DNA of 64,000 nt from an uncultured Veillonellaceae bacterium. Its GTDB lineage: Bacteria; Bacillota; Negativicutes; JARBTT01. Within the stretch, counting starts at the first letter, position 1; the number at the start of each line of letters is the position of its first letter. The DNA lies in contig CAWDTA010000002.1 in NCBI GenBank assembly GCA_963805085.1, forward strand, positions 1,984,001-2,048,000, read 5' to 3'. Positions 9,157 to 19,964 of the stretch are shown piece by piece. The notes under the pieces were generated by a model. The model had not been told where the DNA came from. It was given only the letters and a program-made list of their open reading frames with translations, and searched no databases. Made by a program: the position numbers and the translations under genes.

Positions 9157-9834
9157 TTAAAGTTCTCTTGCCTTCATCAATTTTGTTATAATTTCTTGTT
9201 CTAAAATCCCAGAGGACGGAACCTTTTGCCAAGTTTTATTTATTTTTTCTTCAAAATTTATATCCATGTGAAATAGTTGAAACGTATTAAATTCCTCACT
9301 TGTAAAAAACAGTACGGTTTTTAAACGGATAGATGAAGGTTGATTATTTGTTACAATATAATCGAGAAGATGGGGGTTTTCGAGATTAAGTTCTCCAGAA
9401 GTATAAAGAATTCCCCAATCTGTATCCAGTGATTTTAGGGGGAGAATCTTTTTCAATTCAAGATCAGATTGGATAGAATCGTAAACTTTTTGTATCGTAA
9501 GGGAATTTGCTGGCAGTAAAAAAATAGATTGCTCAGTTGAACGTTGAAGTTGCTTTGGTGTGATGAGACAATTATAGATTTCAGTATCTTTTTTTACGAG
9601 TTCACTTGCGCTATAAGGGGCATCTTGATATAAAAGTTCTTTCGTTGTATCAAGAAGTTGATCACCAGGACGAATCCCAGCGTAGAATGCTGGTCCGAAG
9701 AGATTAACGGATATAACAGTTAAAGTATCATTTACGGCGATACCTTTGCTAAAAGGCAGGGTCGCTCTAGCAAAGCAGATAGATGAAAGAGAAAGTAAAA
9801 TAAATAAAATAATACAAATTTTTTTCAGATACAT
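9157..9834 (-). CDS. Exported protein with PDZ-like segment
   Basis: Signal peptide; GPAFYAGIRPGDQLL PDZ-like motif. Confidence 0.65.
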   Translation of the reverse strand: MYLKKICIILFILLSLSSICFARATLPFSKGIAVNDTLTVISVNLFGPAFYAGIRPGDQLLDTTKELLYQDAPYSASELVKKDTEIYNCLITPKQLQRSTEQSIFLLPANSLTIQKVYDSIQSDLELKKILPLKSLDTDWGILYTSGELNLENPHLLDYIVTNNQPSSIRLKTVLFFTSEEFNTFQLFHMDINFEEKINKTWQKVPSSGILEQEIITKLMKAREL

Positions 9835-10323
9835 GCACCTTCTTTACAATATACTAACTTGGTCATTTAACGTCACTATAGTTCTAATTCTAATAGTAAC
9901 ATAGTGTTTGTCAAGGAATATTATGGAGATTATTTTCTCAATCTATTAATAAAAGTGTAGGATATTACGATATTATTTAATAAATAATAAAGGCAGGTAC
10001 TTTGATGATTGAAAAAGTAGAAAAGACTGCAAAAATGACAAGTATAGAAACTTGGCATCGATTTAATCGTAGGACTCAATTGAAATGTAATTTAAAAAGT
10101 CCGTTTCGGCGAATCCTAGATAAAAAGATAAGACAATTGAGAAAATGTAAAGAATCTGTTCAAATAGACAAGCTTTAAATCGAAACGAAAGGGTGAGTGT
10201 AGTTAGTAATCTTCTTGTTTTAATTTAAGTTTGTCGATATATGAGTAGGGAAAGTTAAATCATGGTATAATGTAAAAGTAATTTTGAAATTGATTGTTTT
10301 ATATAAAAATGGAGGTGCTTTGG

Positions 10324-10875
10324 ATGAAAAGTTGGTTGATTGCAGGGCTTATAGCTGTGATTGTTATGGCGATGGCAGTGAGTGGATATAACGGTTTGGT
10401 TGGTATGAATGAGGAGGTTAATGGAAAATGGGCGCAGGTAGAAAATCAGTTGCAACGTAGAGCTGATTTGATTCCTAACTTAGTCAATACGGTAAAAGGC
10501 TATGCCTCACATGAACAAGAAGCAATTAAATCGGTATCGGATGCTAGAGCTAGATTGGCTGGTGCACAAGGCCCGGGAGCGAAGGCTGAGGCCGACAATG
10601 AATTGAGTGGCGCTTTAAGTCGTTTGTTAGTGATAGCAGAAAATTATCCGAATCTAAAAGCGGATCAAAATTTCCGCGCATTGCAAGATGAACTTGCGGG
10701 AACAGAAAATCGTATGACAGTAGCAAGACAAGATTATAATAATGGAGTGCAAAATTTTAATACGAAAGTAAAGACTTTTCCAACTAGTATTTATGCGGGA
10801 ATGCTAGGTTTTGCGCAGCGTGAATACTTTAAAGCGGAAGAAACGAGTAAAAAAGTTCCCGAAGTGAAGTTTTAG
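10324..10875 (+). CDS. lemA: LemA family protein
   Basis: YNGLV, QLQRRADLIPNLVNTVKGYASHE, ENYPNLKADQNF, ELAGTENR. Confidence 0.95.
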   Translation: MKSWLIAGLIAVIVMAMAVSGYNGLVGMNEEVNGKWAQVENQLQRRADLIPNLVNTVKGYASHEQEAIKSVSDARARLAGAQGPGAKAEADNELSGALSRLLVIAENYPNLKADQNFRALQDELAGTENRMTVARQDYNNGVQNFNTKVKTFPTSIYAGMLGFAQREYFKAEETSKKVPEVKF

Positions 10876-10922
10876 AGAAGATAGATGCTAGCTGGCTCAG
10901 GCAAAAAGGCAGGTGAAATAAC

Positions 10923-11681
10923 TTGTTTAAAAAATATGTAGTTAGTGTACTGACCCTGTGTTTTGTGATGGTAGGTTCGGTATGTTTTGCAAAAACGGAA
11001 ATTCCACAGACGCCAACGAGTAGTATTTATGTCCAAGATTATGCGAATGTTCTTTCTAATGAAGCGAAGCATAAGATCAATAGTATTGGTACTTCCTTGC
11101 AAAAACAAACCAAGGCACAGGTTGTTGTTGTTACGATAAAAACGTTGCAGGAAACGCCTGTGGAAGAATATAGCTTAGGCGTCCTTCGCCAATGGGGTAT
11201 TGGTGATAAAAGCTTAAACAATGGTGTCGTGATGCTGGTTGTTGTGGATGATAAAAAATCACGTATTGAGGTTGGCTATGGCTTAGAAGGAGCCCTGCCT
11301 GATGCCAAAACAGGGCAAATTCAAGATGAGTATATGCTGCCTTATTTTAAAAAGGGTGAATATGAAAATGGTATCGTCAATGGTTATTTTGCTTTGACCA
11401 AGGTGGTAGCGGATGAATATGCGGTACAGTTGGATGATAGTCAAGTAAAACCAGTCAAAGCGACAAGCCAAGGAAGAACTAGTGTTTTAGATACTTTTTT
11501 CATGATTGGCATTGCAATTGTTATCATTGTCTTAGTAATCTTAGATTTCATCTTCTTTGGTGGTAGGTTTACTGCGTTGATTCTAGCCATTATCAGTTCC
11601 CGTGGCGGTGGCAGAGGTGGCAGCGGCGGTGGTTATGGCGGCGGTTCCGGTGGTGGCGGCGGTTCTAATCGTGGCTGGTAA
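10923..11681 (+). CDS. TPM domain protein (YgcG family)
   Basis: VQDYANVLS, WGIGDKSLNNGV, RIEVGYGLEGALPD, Gly-rich tail; follows lemA. Confidence 0.92.
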   Translation: MFKKYVVSVLTLCFVMVGSVCFAKTEIPQTPTSSIYVQDYANVLSNEAKHKINSIGTSLQKQTKAQVVVVTIKTLQETPVEEYSLGVLRQWGIGDKSLNNGVVMLVVVDDKKSRIEVGYGLEGALPDAKTGQIQDEYMLPYFKKGEYENGIVNGYFALTKVVADEYAVQLDDSQVKPVKATSQGRTSVLDTFFMIGIAIVIIVLVILDFIFFGGRFTALILAIISSRGGGRGGSGGGYGGGSGGGGGSNRGW

Positions 11682-11795
11682 TAAAAATTTTTTTTAGATA
11701 TATGAATTTAGATAATTTAGGTTATAATAGGGGTAGGAATACACATTCCTAATATTACTTATTTTCATTGAGCTGAATTTTAGGAGGTTAGTATA

Positions 11796-11960
11796 ATGGC
11801 AAAATGGGCTTGTGTAGTTTGTGGTTATATTTATGATGAAGCCGAAGGGGATCCAGATAACGGTATTGATCCAGGGGTACCTTTTGACGAATTAGACGAC
11901 GATTTTGTTTGTCCTTTATGTGGCGTAGGTAAAGACGAATTCGAAAAAGTAGACGAATAA
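11796..11960 (+). CDS. Rubredoxin, 54 aa (not in ORF track)
   Basis: [54 protein letters not shown]; two CxxC; AGGAGG RBS. Confidence 0.97.
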   Translation: MAKWACVVCGYIYDEAEGDPDNGIDPGVPFDELDDDFVCPLCGVGKDEFEKVDE

Positions 11961-11969
11961 GACATAGTG

Positions 11970-12003
11970 AAAAACTACCAAATTTTTATTTGGTAGTTTT
12001 TTT
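11970..12003. terminator. Bidirectional terminator
   Basis: aaaaactaccaaat...atttggtagtttttt between convergent genes. Confidence 0.75.
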
Positions 12004-12022
12004 GTGGAAAAATCAAAGAAGG

Positions 12023-12562
12023 TTAATGGGTTACTTTATGAAGTCGTGGTAACCAACCGCGTTTCAACATCAGTTGCAATAACTTATAGTCCCAATCCAA
12101 GCCTCGATCTAGTAGCTCTTTATACATCATCGCTACCTCGACTTGATAAGATTGATGTAAAGCAGTCAGCATTGCCATCTGTGATGCTTTTGCCATTGTA
12201 CCGACAGTGATCGCGATTTCGCCATCTGTCAAATGGGCATCGGGATCAATATCGATTGGACTTTTATGAAGGGTGCGACGACGGAATGTAAGGTTTGGAA
12301 TTTCGGAACCAGTTTCTTGCAGCATTTCTTCTGATTGATCGATTACAGCTCGTGTCTGGGTATTGAGAGCCTCTTTGAGTAGCATTTTTAGCTCTTCATC
12401 TTGGGCATGGTTATAGAGCAGCTCAAGCATGGCCACATTGTAGCGACCCTGCGCAACAACACCATAAAGGGTAGCTGCTTCGAGATAGTTTAAAGATTCT
12501 TTGTCAAAAAAATTGTTGAATAACACGCGCGTTTCAGCATTGATTTTATCAAGAATGGACAT
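12023..12562 (-). CDS. DUF3231-like ferritin-fold protein
   Basis: LNYLEA, NHAQDEELK, LTDGEIA, LMLKRGWL pattern; AAGGAGG RBS. Confidence 0.65.
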   Translation of the reverse strand: MSILDKINAETRVLFNNFFDKESLNYLEAATLYGVVAQGRYNVAMLELLYNHAQDEELKMLLKEALNTQTRAVIDQSEEMLQETGSEIPNLTFRRRTLHKSPIDIDPDAHLTDGEIAITVGTMAKASQMAMLTALHQSYQVEVAMMYKELLDRGLDWDYKLLQLMLKRGWLPRLHKVTH

Positions 12563-12819
12563 AGTAAAACCTCCTTAAAGGTTAAAGATTATTTTCATTT
12601 TATAGGATAGCCAATTTTTAAAGATAAATGCGATAAATTTAATTAATGTTAGAATAATAATTTAATTGATTTTTAAAAACTAGTTTGCTATACTTTACAT
12701 AAGGAAACTTCATCCCATCAATGAATGGCTTGTAGTTATAAAGATGATGCGCCTCTTTAGCGTAACTAGGTAAAGAGGATGATTGGCACGTCTTAAATAA
12801 GAGGGGGTTTATATTTATT

Positions 12820-13755
12820 ATGAAAGTTACAGTTGTTGGAGCTGGTAACGTTGGTGCTACTGTTGCTAATGTTATCGCATTAAAAGGTTTTGCTAGTGAA
12901 TTGGTATTGCTTGATATCAAAGAAGGCGTTGCAGAAGGTAAAGCAATGGACATGATGCAGACTTCTCATATGATGGGTTTTGATACTACAATCATTGGCT
13001 GTACAAATGACTATAGCAAAACTGCGAATTCTGCAGTAGTTGTTATCACTTCAGGTATCCCTCGTAAACCTGGTATGACTCGTGAACAATTAATTGGCAC
13101 AAATGCAAAAATCGTTAAAAGCGTTGTAGATCAAATTTTAGAATTCTCACCAAATGCTGTATTTGTTGTTATTTCTAATCCAATGGATACAATGACTTAC
13201 TTAACTCTTAAAGATAGTGGAATCCCTAAAAACCGTATTATCGGTATGGGTGGTATGCTTGATAGCAGCCGTTTCAGATATTATTTAAGCCAAGCTTTAG
13301 GATGCACTCCTACTGATGTTGATGGCATGGTAATCGGTGGGCATGGTGATACTACTATGATTCCTCTAGTTCGTTTTGCAACTTATAGAGGTATTCCTGT
13401 TACTGAATTATTAGATAAAGAAACTTTAGATAAAGTAGTTGCTGACACTATGGTTGGTGGCGCTACATTAACTGGTCTTCTTGGTACTTCCGCTTGGTAT
13501 GCTCCAGGTGCAGCAGGTGCTACAGTAGCTGAAGCAATTGCAACTGATGCTAAAAAATTGATTCCTTGCTGTGTATCACTTGAAGGCGAATATGGCGAAA
13601 ACGACATCTGTATCGGTGTTCCAGTAGTTCTTGGAGCAAACGGTATCGAAAAAATCGTTGAAGTTAAATTCAATGCTGAAGAAAAAGCTTTATTTGATAA
13701 GAGTGTTGCCGCAGTTCGTAAAACTAACGCTTTATTAAATGAATCTTTAGCATAA
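12820..13755 (+). CDS. mdh: Malate dehydrogenase (LDH-like)
   Basis: GAGNVG, TSGIPRKPGMTR (Arg specificity residue), SNPMD, LDSSRF, GGHGD. Confidence 0.93.
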   Translation: MKVTVVGAGNVGATVANVIALKGFASELVLLDIKEGVAEGKAMDMMQTSHMMGFDTTIIGCTNDYSKTANSAVVVITSGIPRKPGMTREQLIGTNAKIVKSVVDQILEFSPNAVFVVISNPMDTMTYLTLKDSGIPKNRIIGMGGMLDSSRFRYYLSQALGCTPTDVDGMVIGGHGDTTMIPLVRFATYRGIPVTELLDKETLDKVVADTMVGGATLTGLLGTSAWYAPGAAGATVAEAIATDAKKLIPCCVSLEGEYGENDICIGVPVVLGANGIEKIVEVKFNAEEKALFDKSVAAVRKTNALLNESLA

Positions 13756-13791
13756 AATAATTTTTACATAATACAATTATGTAAATCGAAG

Positions 13792-13815
13792 AAGCAGCCT
13801 GCGGGCTGCTTTTTT
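13792..13815 (+). terminator. Intrinsic terminator
   Basis: aagcagcc-tgcg-ggctgctt followed by T-run. Confidence 0.85.
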
Positions 13816-13976
13816 ATTGGCTAAAACTAACAATGTTCCAGGAAGAATTCCTTTATACTTAAAATAGTTTAAATATAAAGGAATTCTTCTTTCTATGTAT
13901 AATAAATAAATAATATTAGTTTTTTGACGAATTTTGTTTTAATTTAAATAAGTAGAGAAACTTAGGAGGCAATTAG

Positions 13977-14777
13977 ATGACAATTAAATTATTTGTTACA
14001 GATTTAGATGGGACACTCTTAAACAAGAAGCATGAGGTTTCTGAAGAAAATAAAATGGCGATTCGTGAAATTGTAGCACAAGGTGTTACGGTAACGATTG
14101 CGACTGGTAGAATGTATTCTTCGGCACTTCCTTATGCGAAACAACTAGAAGTTGATGTTCCTATCATCACTTATAATGGTGCGCTGATCAAATCTGTTTC
14201 GGGTGAAGTGATATTTGAGAGCTATCTTGATCCTAAGATTGTAACGGAAGTCTATGAATTTTGCGTGGAACATAATTGGTATATCCAAGCATATGCTGAT
14301 GATGTATTATATTTTAAAGATCATGATGCAAAAGCAAAAAGCTATGAAATATTAGCGGGGTTAAAGGGCGTAGCTTTAGGCGATAAGTTATACGAAATGA
14401 CTGAAAAAATCCCTAAAATGCTCATTATTACCGCTAATGAAGCAGAAACTGATGCGATTGTGCCAGTTTTACAAGCGCATTTTAAAGATAGAATTTTTGC
14501 CACAAAATCGAATCCAGATTATATTGAAATTGTAAATCCAAGTGTCAATAAATCAGCGGCATTAGATTTATTAATTAAAAAGCTTCATTTAACCAAAGAT
14601 CAAGTGCTAGCAATCGGTGATTCCAATAATGATTTGCCAATGCTCAAAACAGCTGGTTTTAGTGTAGCAATGGGCAATGCTAGAGAACATATCAAAGCAG
14701 TGGTATCAGCAGTGACGACAGATTGTGAACATAGCGGTGTTGCAGCAGCAATTCATAAATATATTTTAAAAAAATAA
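13977..14777 (+). CDS. Cof-type HAD-IIB hydrolase 1
   Basis: DLDGTLL, ATGR, GDSNND, AMGNA. Confidence 0.93.
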   Translation: MTIKLFVTDLDGTLLNKKHEVSEENKMAIREIVAQGVTVTIATGRMYSSALPYAKQLEVDVPIITYNGALIKSVSGEVIFESYLDPKIVTEVYEFCVEHNWYIQAYADDVLYFKDHDAKAKSYEILAGLKGVALGDKLYEMTEKIPKMLIITANEAETDAIVPVLQAHFKDRIFATKSNPDYIEIVNPSVNKSAALDLLIKKLHLTKDQVLAIGDSNNDLPMLKTAGFSVAMGNAREHIKAVVSAVTTDCEHSGVAAAIHKYILKK

Positions 14778-14799
14778 CGCTGAAAAGGATGGTTTATAT

Positions 14800-15597
14800 A
14801 TGGCAATTAAATTATTAGTTGCAGATTTAGATGGAACGGTACTAAACAATAAAATAATGGAAGATAACAGCGTTGCAGCAATCAAACGGGCAAAGAAAAA
14901 AGGGGTATTGGTAACGTTTGCAACGGGTAGAATGCATGCTTCAGCGGTAAAATTCGCGCGTGAGGCGGAAATTGAATTACCGATTATTACTTGTAATGGC
15001 GCCATGGTGAAAACGATGGCTGGCGATGTGCTATTTGAAAAATGTATTGAACCAGCACTGGTAAGGGAAGTCATGGACCTTTGTTTCGCGCATGATTGGC
15101 ATCTACAATGGTATATCGATGATAAATTATTTGTTAAAGAGATGAAAAAAGATACTTGGCTTGGCTATGAAAGTGTTGATGGTATCGAAATTTGCGAAGC
15201 CAAAGATGAGCTGGATAAATATTCTCATGGTGTCATTCAAATGGTGATTCTTGATCGCAGTGCAGAAATTGATGTGATCGAAGAAACAATGCAAAAGCGT
15301 TTTGACGGTCGATTGTTTGCACCTAGAACTGCCTCTTATTGTATTGATATCGTTTCTATGGGAATCCATAAAGCGATTGGCATAAAAAAAGTTGCTGATA
15401 AATATGATATAGCTTCAGAGGAAATCATGGCAATTGGTGACTCTGATAATGATATCGATATGCTAAAATATGCGGGTTTTGGGGTAGCAATGGGGAATGC
15501 TTTCGAAAGCTTGAAACAAGTTGCTGATGAGATTACATTACCGTGTGATGAAGATGGTTTTGCTGTAGCGGTAGAAAAATATATTCTAGATAAGTAG
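14800..15597 (+). CDS. Cof-type HAD-IIB hydrolase 2
   Basis: DLDGTVL, ATGR, GDSDND, AMGNA. Confidence 0.93.
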   Translation: MAIKLLVADLDGTVLNNKIMEDNSVAAIKRAKKKGVLVTFATGRMHASAVKFAREAEIELPIITCNGAMVKTMAGDVLFEKCIEPALVREVMDLCFAHDWHLQWYIDDKLFVKEMKKDTWLGYESVDGIEICEAKDELDKYSHGVIQMVILDRSAEIDVIEETMQKRFDGRLFAPRTASYCIDIVSMGIHKAIGIKKVADKYDIASEEIMAIGDSDNDIDMLKYAGFGVAMGNAFESLKQVADEITLPCDEDGFAVAVEKYILDK

Positions 15598-15611
15598 GGG
15601 CAGGGGTATTT

Positions 15612-16421
15612 ATGGCAATAAAATTAATAGTGACAGATTTAGACGGCACTTTGTTAACGGACGAAAAACTTATTTCCGATAGAAATAAAGCAGCGATCGC
15701 CGCAGCAGAGGCGGCAGGCGTTATGGTAACAGTTGCAACTGGACGTATGTGTGTTGCCGCGGCGCATTATGCACGGCGTATCGGCGTAACCTTACCGATT
15801 GTTTCTTGTAATGGTGGATTAGTCAGGGCCTATACAGGCAAAGCAGTATTTACCCATTGTTTTACGAGAGAACTTGCGCGTGAGGTCATTGCCTTATGCT
15901 ATGACCGTGATTGGAATGTGCAATGGTATATTGATGATAAAGTGTACGTTAAGAAATTTAACGCAAAATTGTTTCGGGGCTACAATTTGATTGATGATTT
16001 TGCGGTAACTGAAATTGGTAACGATTTTGAAAGCTATCTCGATGATGTGATTCAAATTGTCATTCGTGATTTGGATGGTAACATCGGCAATATTCAAAAG
16101 TGTATCTATGAAAAGTTTCAAGGGCACTTAACTGTACAACAAAATACCGAAGTAAGTGTGGATATCGATGCACTCGGGATCAATAAGTCGGTAGGCATAG
16201 AGGTGCTGATCAATGAATTGGGAATTACGAAAGATGAAGTGATGGCCTTTGGCGACGCCGATAATGATATTGAGATGCTGAAATATGTTGGTGTGGGCGT
16301 AGCAATGGGCAATGCCATTGCTGCTGTAAAGGAAGTTGCTGATATCATTACTGAAGATAATGAGCATGATGGGGTTGCGGTAGCAATTGAAAAATATATT
16401 TTAAATAAATATAGCTTGTAA
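15612..16421 (+). CDS. Cof-type HAD-IIB hydrolase 3
   Basis: DLDGTLL, ATGR, GDADND, AMGNA. Confidence 0.93.
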   Translation: MAIKLIVTDLDGTLLTDEKLISDRNKAAIAAAEAAGVMVTVATGRMCVAAAHYARRIGVTLPIVSCNGGLVRAYTGKAVFTHCFTRELAREVIALCYDRDWNVQWYIDDKVYVKKFNAKLFRGYNLIDDFAVTEIGNDFESYLDDVIQIVIRDLDGNIGNIQKCIYEKFQGHLTVQQNTEVSVDIDALGINKSVGIEVLINELGITKDEVMAFGDADNDIEMLKYVGVGVAMGNAIAAVKEVADIITEDNEHDGVAVAIEKYILNKYSL

Positions 16422-16552
16422 ACAAACTATGGACAGATAGGGCGCGGGTCGGTGATAAGTACTCATCTGCGGCGTTGCAGTAAGGTACTGCGCCTTGCAT
16501 CTGAGCACTTCTCGCAAACCGGCGACCTATCTTCGTACTAGTTTACAAGTGG
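16415..16552. repeat. Dispersed structured repeat, copy 1
   Basis: ataagtactcatctgcggcgttg...gccttgcatctgagcacttct core; 3' part nearly identical to 46883-46916. Confidence 0.8.
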
Positions 16553-16742
16553 AATGGATTTTGTTATTTTCTGTTCACCAACATAAATATTTTTATTTTG
16601 TCATAACTTGGGGCGTATAAATTTTATATACGCTCATTTTTCTAAGATACATCTTTTTCATTTTGCTTTTTTTTAGCTTTTGCCATATAATTGATATGAA
16701 TTTACTCAATTTGATAAATAGCTATATCTGGAGGTGGTAAAT

Positions 16743-17633
16743 ATGGAAGACTTTCGCTTAGTTATAATTACAGGACTATCTGGAGCAGGTAAAACACAGG
16801 TAAGCCGCCATATGGAAGATTTAGGCTATTTTTGTGTAGATAATTTGCCGCCAATGTTTATTCCGAAATTTGCTGAGCTCTGTACGCATTCTACGGGGAG
16901 AGTCAATAAAGTTGCGCTGGTAGTCGATACGAGAAGTCGTGAGTTTTTTGATACGCTGCTACACGTCTTAGACGATATGGATGAACAGGGACTGACCTAT
17001 GAAATGGTCTTTATGGAAGCAACCGATTCGACGATTATCCGTCGTTATAAAGAAAGTCGTCGCCGTCATCCGATGGCACCAAATGCTAGGATTAGTGATG
17101 GAATTGCCAGAGAACGCGAACGTTTAAAATTGGTGCGCGGCCGGGCGACGCATATCATTGATACTTCTGATTTAAAGAAAACTGTCTTAAAAGAGAAAAT
17201 AATTAATTGGTTTGGCTGCCGGGCTGATGGCGATTCCATGAATATCACGGTACTTTCCTTCGGCTTCAAATTTGGTATGCCGCTTGATGCCGATATGGTA
17301 CTTGATGTTCGTTTTTTACCAAATCCATTTTATATAGAATCGCTTCGTCATAAAAGTGGCGCAGTACCAGAAGTTGCTGACTATATAGCAAAATGGCCAG
17401 TAACGAAACAGTTTATTGAAAAACTGGATGATATGATTGAGTTTTTGGTGCCTAACTACGTTAAAGAGGGCAAGAGTCAATTGGTCATTGCAATTGGTTG
17501 CACTGGTGGAATGCATCGTTCGGTATTTATTGCAAAAAGAATTTTTGAGATTCTGAAAAGACAAGGGTATGCAGTAAATTTAGAACATCGCGATTTAATG
17601 AAAAATGAAGTTTTAGAACATCCCCAAAATTAG
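16743..17633 (+). CDS. rapZ: RNase adapter RapZ / YvcJ P-loop protein
   Basis: TGLSGAGKT, GYFCVDNLP, SFGFKFG, DVRFLPNP, IGCTGGMHRSV. Confidence 0.95.
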   Translation: MEDFRLVIITGLSGAGKTQVSRHMEDLGYFCVDNLPPMFIPKFAELCTHSTGRVNKVALVVDTRSREFFDTLLHVLDDMDEQGLTYEMVFMEATDSTIIRRYKESRRRHPMAPNARISDGIARERERLKLVRGRATHIIDTSDLKKTVLKEKIINWFGCRADGDSMNITVLSFGFKFGMPLDADMVLDVRFLPNPFYIESLRHKSGAVPEVADYIAKWPVTKQFIEKLDDMIEFLVPNYVKEGKSQLVIAIGCTGGMHRSVFIAKRIFEILKRQGYAVNLEHRDLMKNEVLEHPQN

Positions 17634-17658
17634 TTATGGTAAATATAGGAGTGTTTGT

Positions 17659-18990
17659 ATGCACTTATTAAAGTGGTTGTACCCAGGGTTAAAATTTAAA
17701 CGTTGGCTTGTTTTATTTGCAATTGGCGTTATGTTGGCTAGCATGGGCCTCGCGTTTGTTCTTAATTATAAATATATGGGCAATATGGAGGAAGCCATTT
17801 TTAAGGCTGTTTATGTATCAACGGGAACTTATAATTATACGGCAACGTCGATTATTGGGTTGTTGGTTGTTATGTTTGGTTTTGCGGTGATGCTGTTTGC
17901 GACTAGGATGATTATTCGTTCTGTTATTACGGTGTTGATTCCGGATAGTTCAGAGAAGCTCGTAGATTTGATTTATGAAAAACGTAAATTGAATCGCGGT
18001 CCGGCAATCACCGTAATCGGTGGTGGGACAGGCTTATCGGTACTGCTGCGTGGAATTAAAAATGCAACGAGTAATGTGACAGCGGTTGTGACTGTGGCTG
18101 ATGATGGTGGTTCCTCAGGTAGACTGCGCGAAGATCTAGGAATGATCCCACCGGGCGATCTACGGAATTGTTTGGTGGCACTTGCAGACACGGAACCGTT
18201 AATGGAGAAGTTGTTTCAACATCGTTTTGGTGGCTGTGGCGACTTGGCAGGGCATAGCTTTGGTAATTTATTTATTGCTGCGATGACCGAAGTTCTTGGT
18301 GATGTGGAAAAAGCATTGAAAGAATCTAGTAAAGTACTCGCGGTCAAAGGGCGGGTACTGCCAGCGAGCACGCAAAGAGTACGTCTAATTGCGACTATGA
18401 CAGATGGAACCATTGTCGAAGGTGAATCCAAAATTCCACTTGTCCATAAGACAATTGATCGCGTACATCTCTATCCGCCAGAGGTAGAGCCAGTAAAAAG
18501 CTCCCTTGAAGCAATTCAAGATGCCGATGCGGTGATCTTGGGGCCTGGTAGCTTATATACAAGTGTATTGCCTAATTTGCTGGTGAATGGTATCGCAGAG
18601 ACGCTTCATAATAGTAGAGCAATTAAAATTTATATCTGTAATGTTATGACGCAGCCGGGAGAAACCGATGGTTATACTGCTTCGATGCATGCAAAAGCAA
18701 TTATTGACCATGTCGGCCCAGGTGTAATCGACTATGTATTGGTTAACTCTACGTTGATTGATCCCGCAGTACAGGAGAAGTATGCAAAAGAAGGTTCTTA
18801 TCCCGTGAAGGTTGATGAAGAAGCCTTGATTGATCTGGGCGTAAGAGTTCTACAAGCGGATATTATCAGTGAAGATAATGCTGGTCATCATGATCCGGCA
18901 AAATTGTCGCGCAATATCATGAATTTGGTAAATCAAGGTACAGATAATTTGCTTGATTACTATTTACGCGGTAATAAATCTAAGCATTAA
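17659..18990 (+). CDS. yvcK: YvcK/GlmR family protein with N-terminal TM segments
   Basis: IGGGTGLS, ADDGGSSGRLR, PPGDLRNCL, GHSFGNL, GPGSLYTS. Confidence 0.93.
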   Translation: MHLLKWLYPGLKFKRWLVLFAIGVMLASMGLAFVLNYKYMGNMEEAIFKAVYVSTGTYNYTATSIIGLLVVMFGFAVMLFATRMIIRSVITVLIPDSSEKLVDLIYEKRKLNRGPAITVIGGGTGLSVLLRGIKNATSNVTAVVTVADDGGSSGRLREDLGMIPPGDLRNCLVALADTEPLMEKLFQHRFGGCGDLAGHSFGNLFIAAMTEVLGDVEKALKESSKVLAVKGRVLPASTQRVRLIATMTDGTIVEGESKIPLVHKTIDRVHLYPPEVEPVKSSLEAIQDADAVILGPGSLYTSVLPNLLVNGIAETLHNSRAIKIYICNVMTQPGETDGYTASMHAKAIIDHVGPGVIDYVLVNSTLIDPAVQEKYAKEGSYPVKVDEEALIDLGVRVLQADIISEDNAGHHDPAKLSRNIMNLVNQGTDNLLDYYLRGNKSKH

Positions 18991-19004
18991 AGGAATGAAA
19001 GCTA

Positions 19005-19964
19005 GTGTCATCGTTTTCAACTGAAGTGAAAAATGAATTGTCGAGAATCACGGCGGATGATGCTTGTTGTAGAATTGCAGAATTGGCAGCGTTGATGCGG
19101 ATGGGGGCATCGATGTCAATTGGTAATAATATGAATTTGGGCATTAATTTCTCCACGGAAAATCCAGCGATTGCTAGGAAAACGCTTACTTTATTAAAAG
19201 AAAGTTTTAAGCTTAAAACGGAAGTTGTGGTTAGTCGGGCACGCCGCTTGAAAAAGAATAATAGTTATTTAATTCGTGTGGTGCCGGCACCGGCTGTTAG
19301 TGAACTCTTGACTACGCTTGGCATTATGCGAGGCGATAATTTAAATGTTAGTAGCGACGAGGGGCTTCTACGTAAAACTTGCTGTCGGCAAGCTTATTTA
19401 AGAGGTGCTTTTCTCGGTGGTGGGTCTGTAAGTAGACCCGAGGGCGACTATCATTTAGAACTTGTAACAGGCAATGAGGGGTTCGCTGCGACGTTGGTCA
19501 ACTTATTTAAAAAGTTTGAATTGCCGGTAGGAATTACCGACCGTAAAAATGACTACGTAGTTTATTTAAAAGATAGTGAAGCCATCATGGATTTTTTAAG
19601 TATTGTTGGAGCTGAAGAAGCAATTGTTGAATTTGAAGTTGCTCGCAATGTAAAAGATGTTCGTAACCAAGTCAATCGTTTGGTCAATTGTGAAACAGCT
19701 AATTTACAAAAAACGGTCAATGCTGCTGTTCGGCAGGTTGGGCGAATCAAATTGATAGAGGCAAAAATCGGCTTGGGAAAATTACCTGACAATCTAAAGG
19801 AAGTTGCTTTGCTGCGATTAGAACATCCTCAGGCAAATTTACAAGAATTAGTTGCTGCAAATGATAATAAAATTGGTAAATCGGGCATGAACCATCGCTT
19901 GCGTAAATTAGAACAAATTGCAGTAGATTTAATAGAAGGTGAAGGAAATGGGCTTAAAGAGTAA
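19005..19964 (+). CDS. whiA: DNA-binding protein WhiA
   Basis: SFSTEVKNEL, YLRGAFLGGGS, VNRLVNCETAN, KSGMNHRLRKL; rapZ-yvcK-whiA synteny. Confidence 0.95.
   Translation: MSSFSTEVKNELSRITADDACCRIAELAALMRMGASMSIGNNMNLGINFSTENPAIARKTLTLLKESFKLKTEVVVSRARRLKKNNSYLIRVVPAPAVSELLTTLGIMRGDNLNVSSDEGLLRKTCCRQAYLRGAFLGGGSVSRPEGDYHLELVTGNEGFAATLVNLFKKFELPVGITDRKNDYVVYLKDSEAIMDFLSIVGAEEAIVEFEVARNVKDVRNQVNRLVNCETANLQKTVNAAVRQVGRIKLIEAKIGLGKLPDNLKEVALLRLEHPQANLQELVAANDNKIGKSGMNHRLRKLEQIAVDLIEGEGNGLKE

Noticed and set aside
12690-12815. Riboswitch upstream of mdh
   Set aside because: Only a modest cctcttta/taaagagg hairpin; no known aptamer or terminator.
17659-17960. Membrane extension on YvcK as a novelty
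   Set aside because: To my knowledge such extensions are common in YvcK homologs of several lineages.
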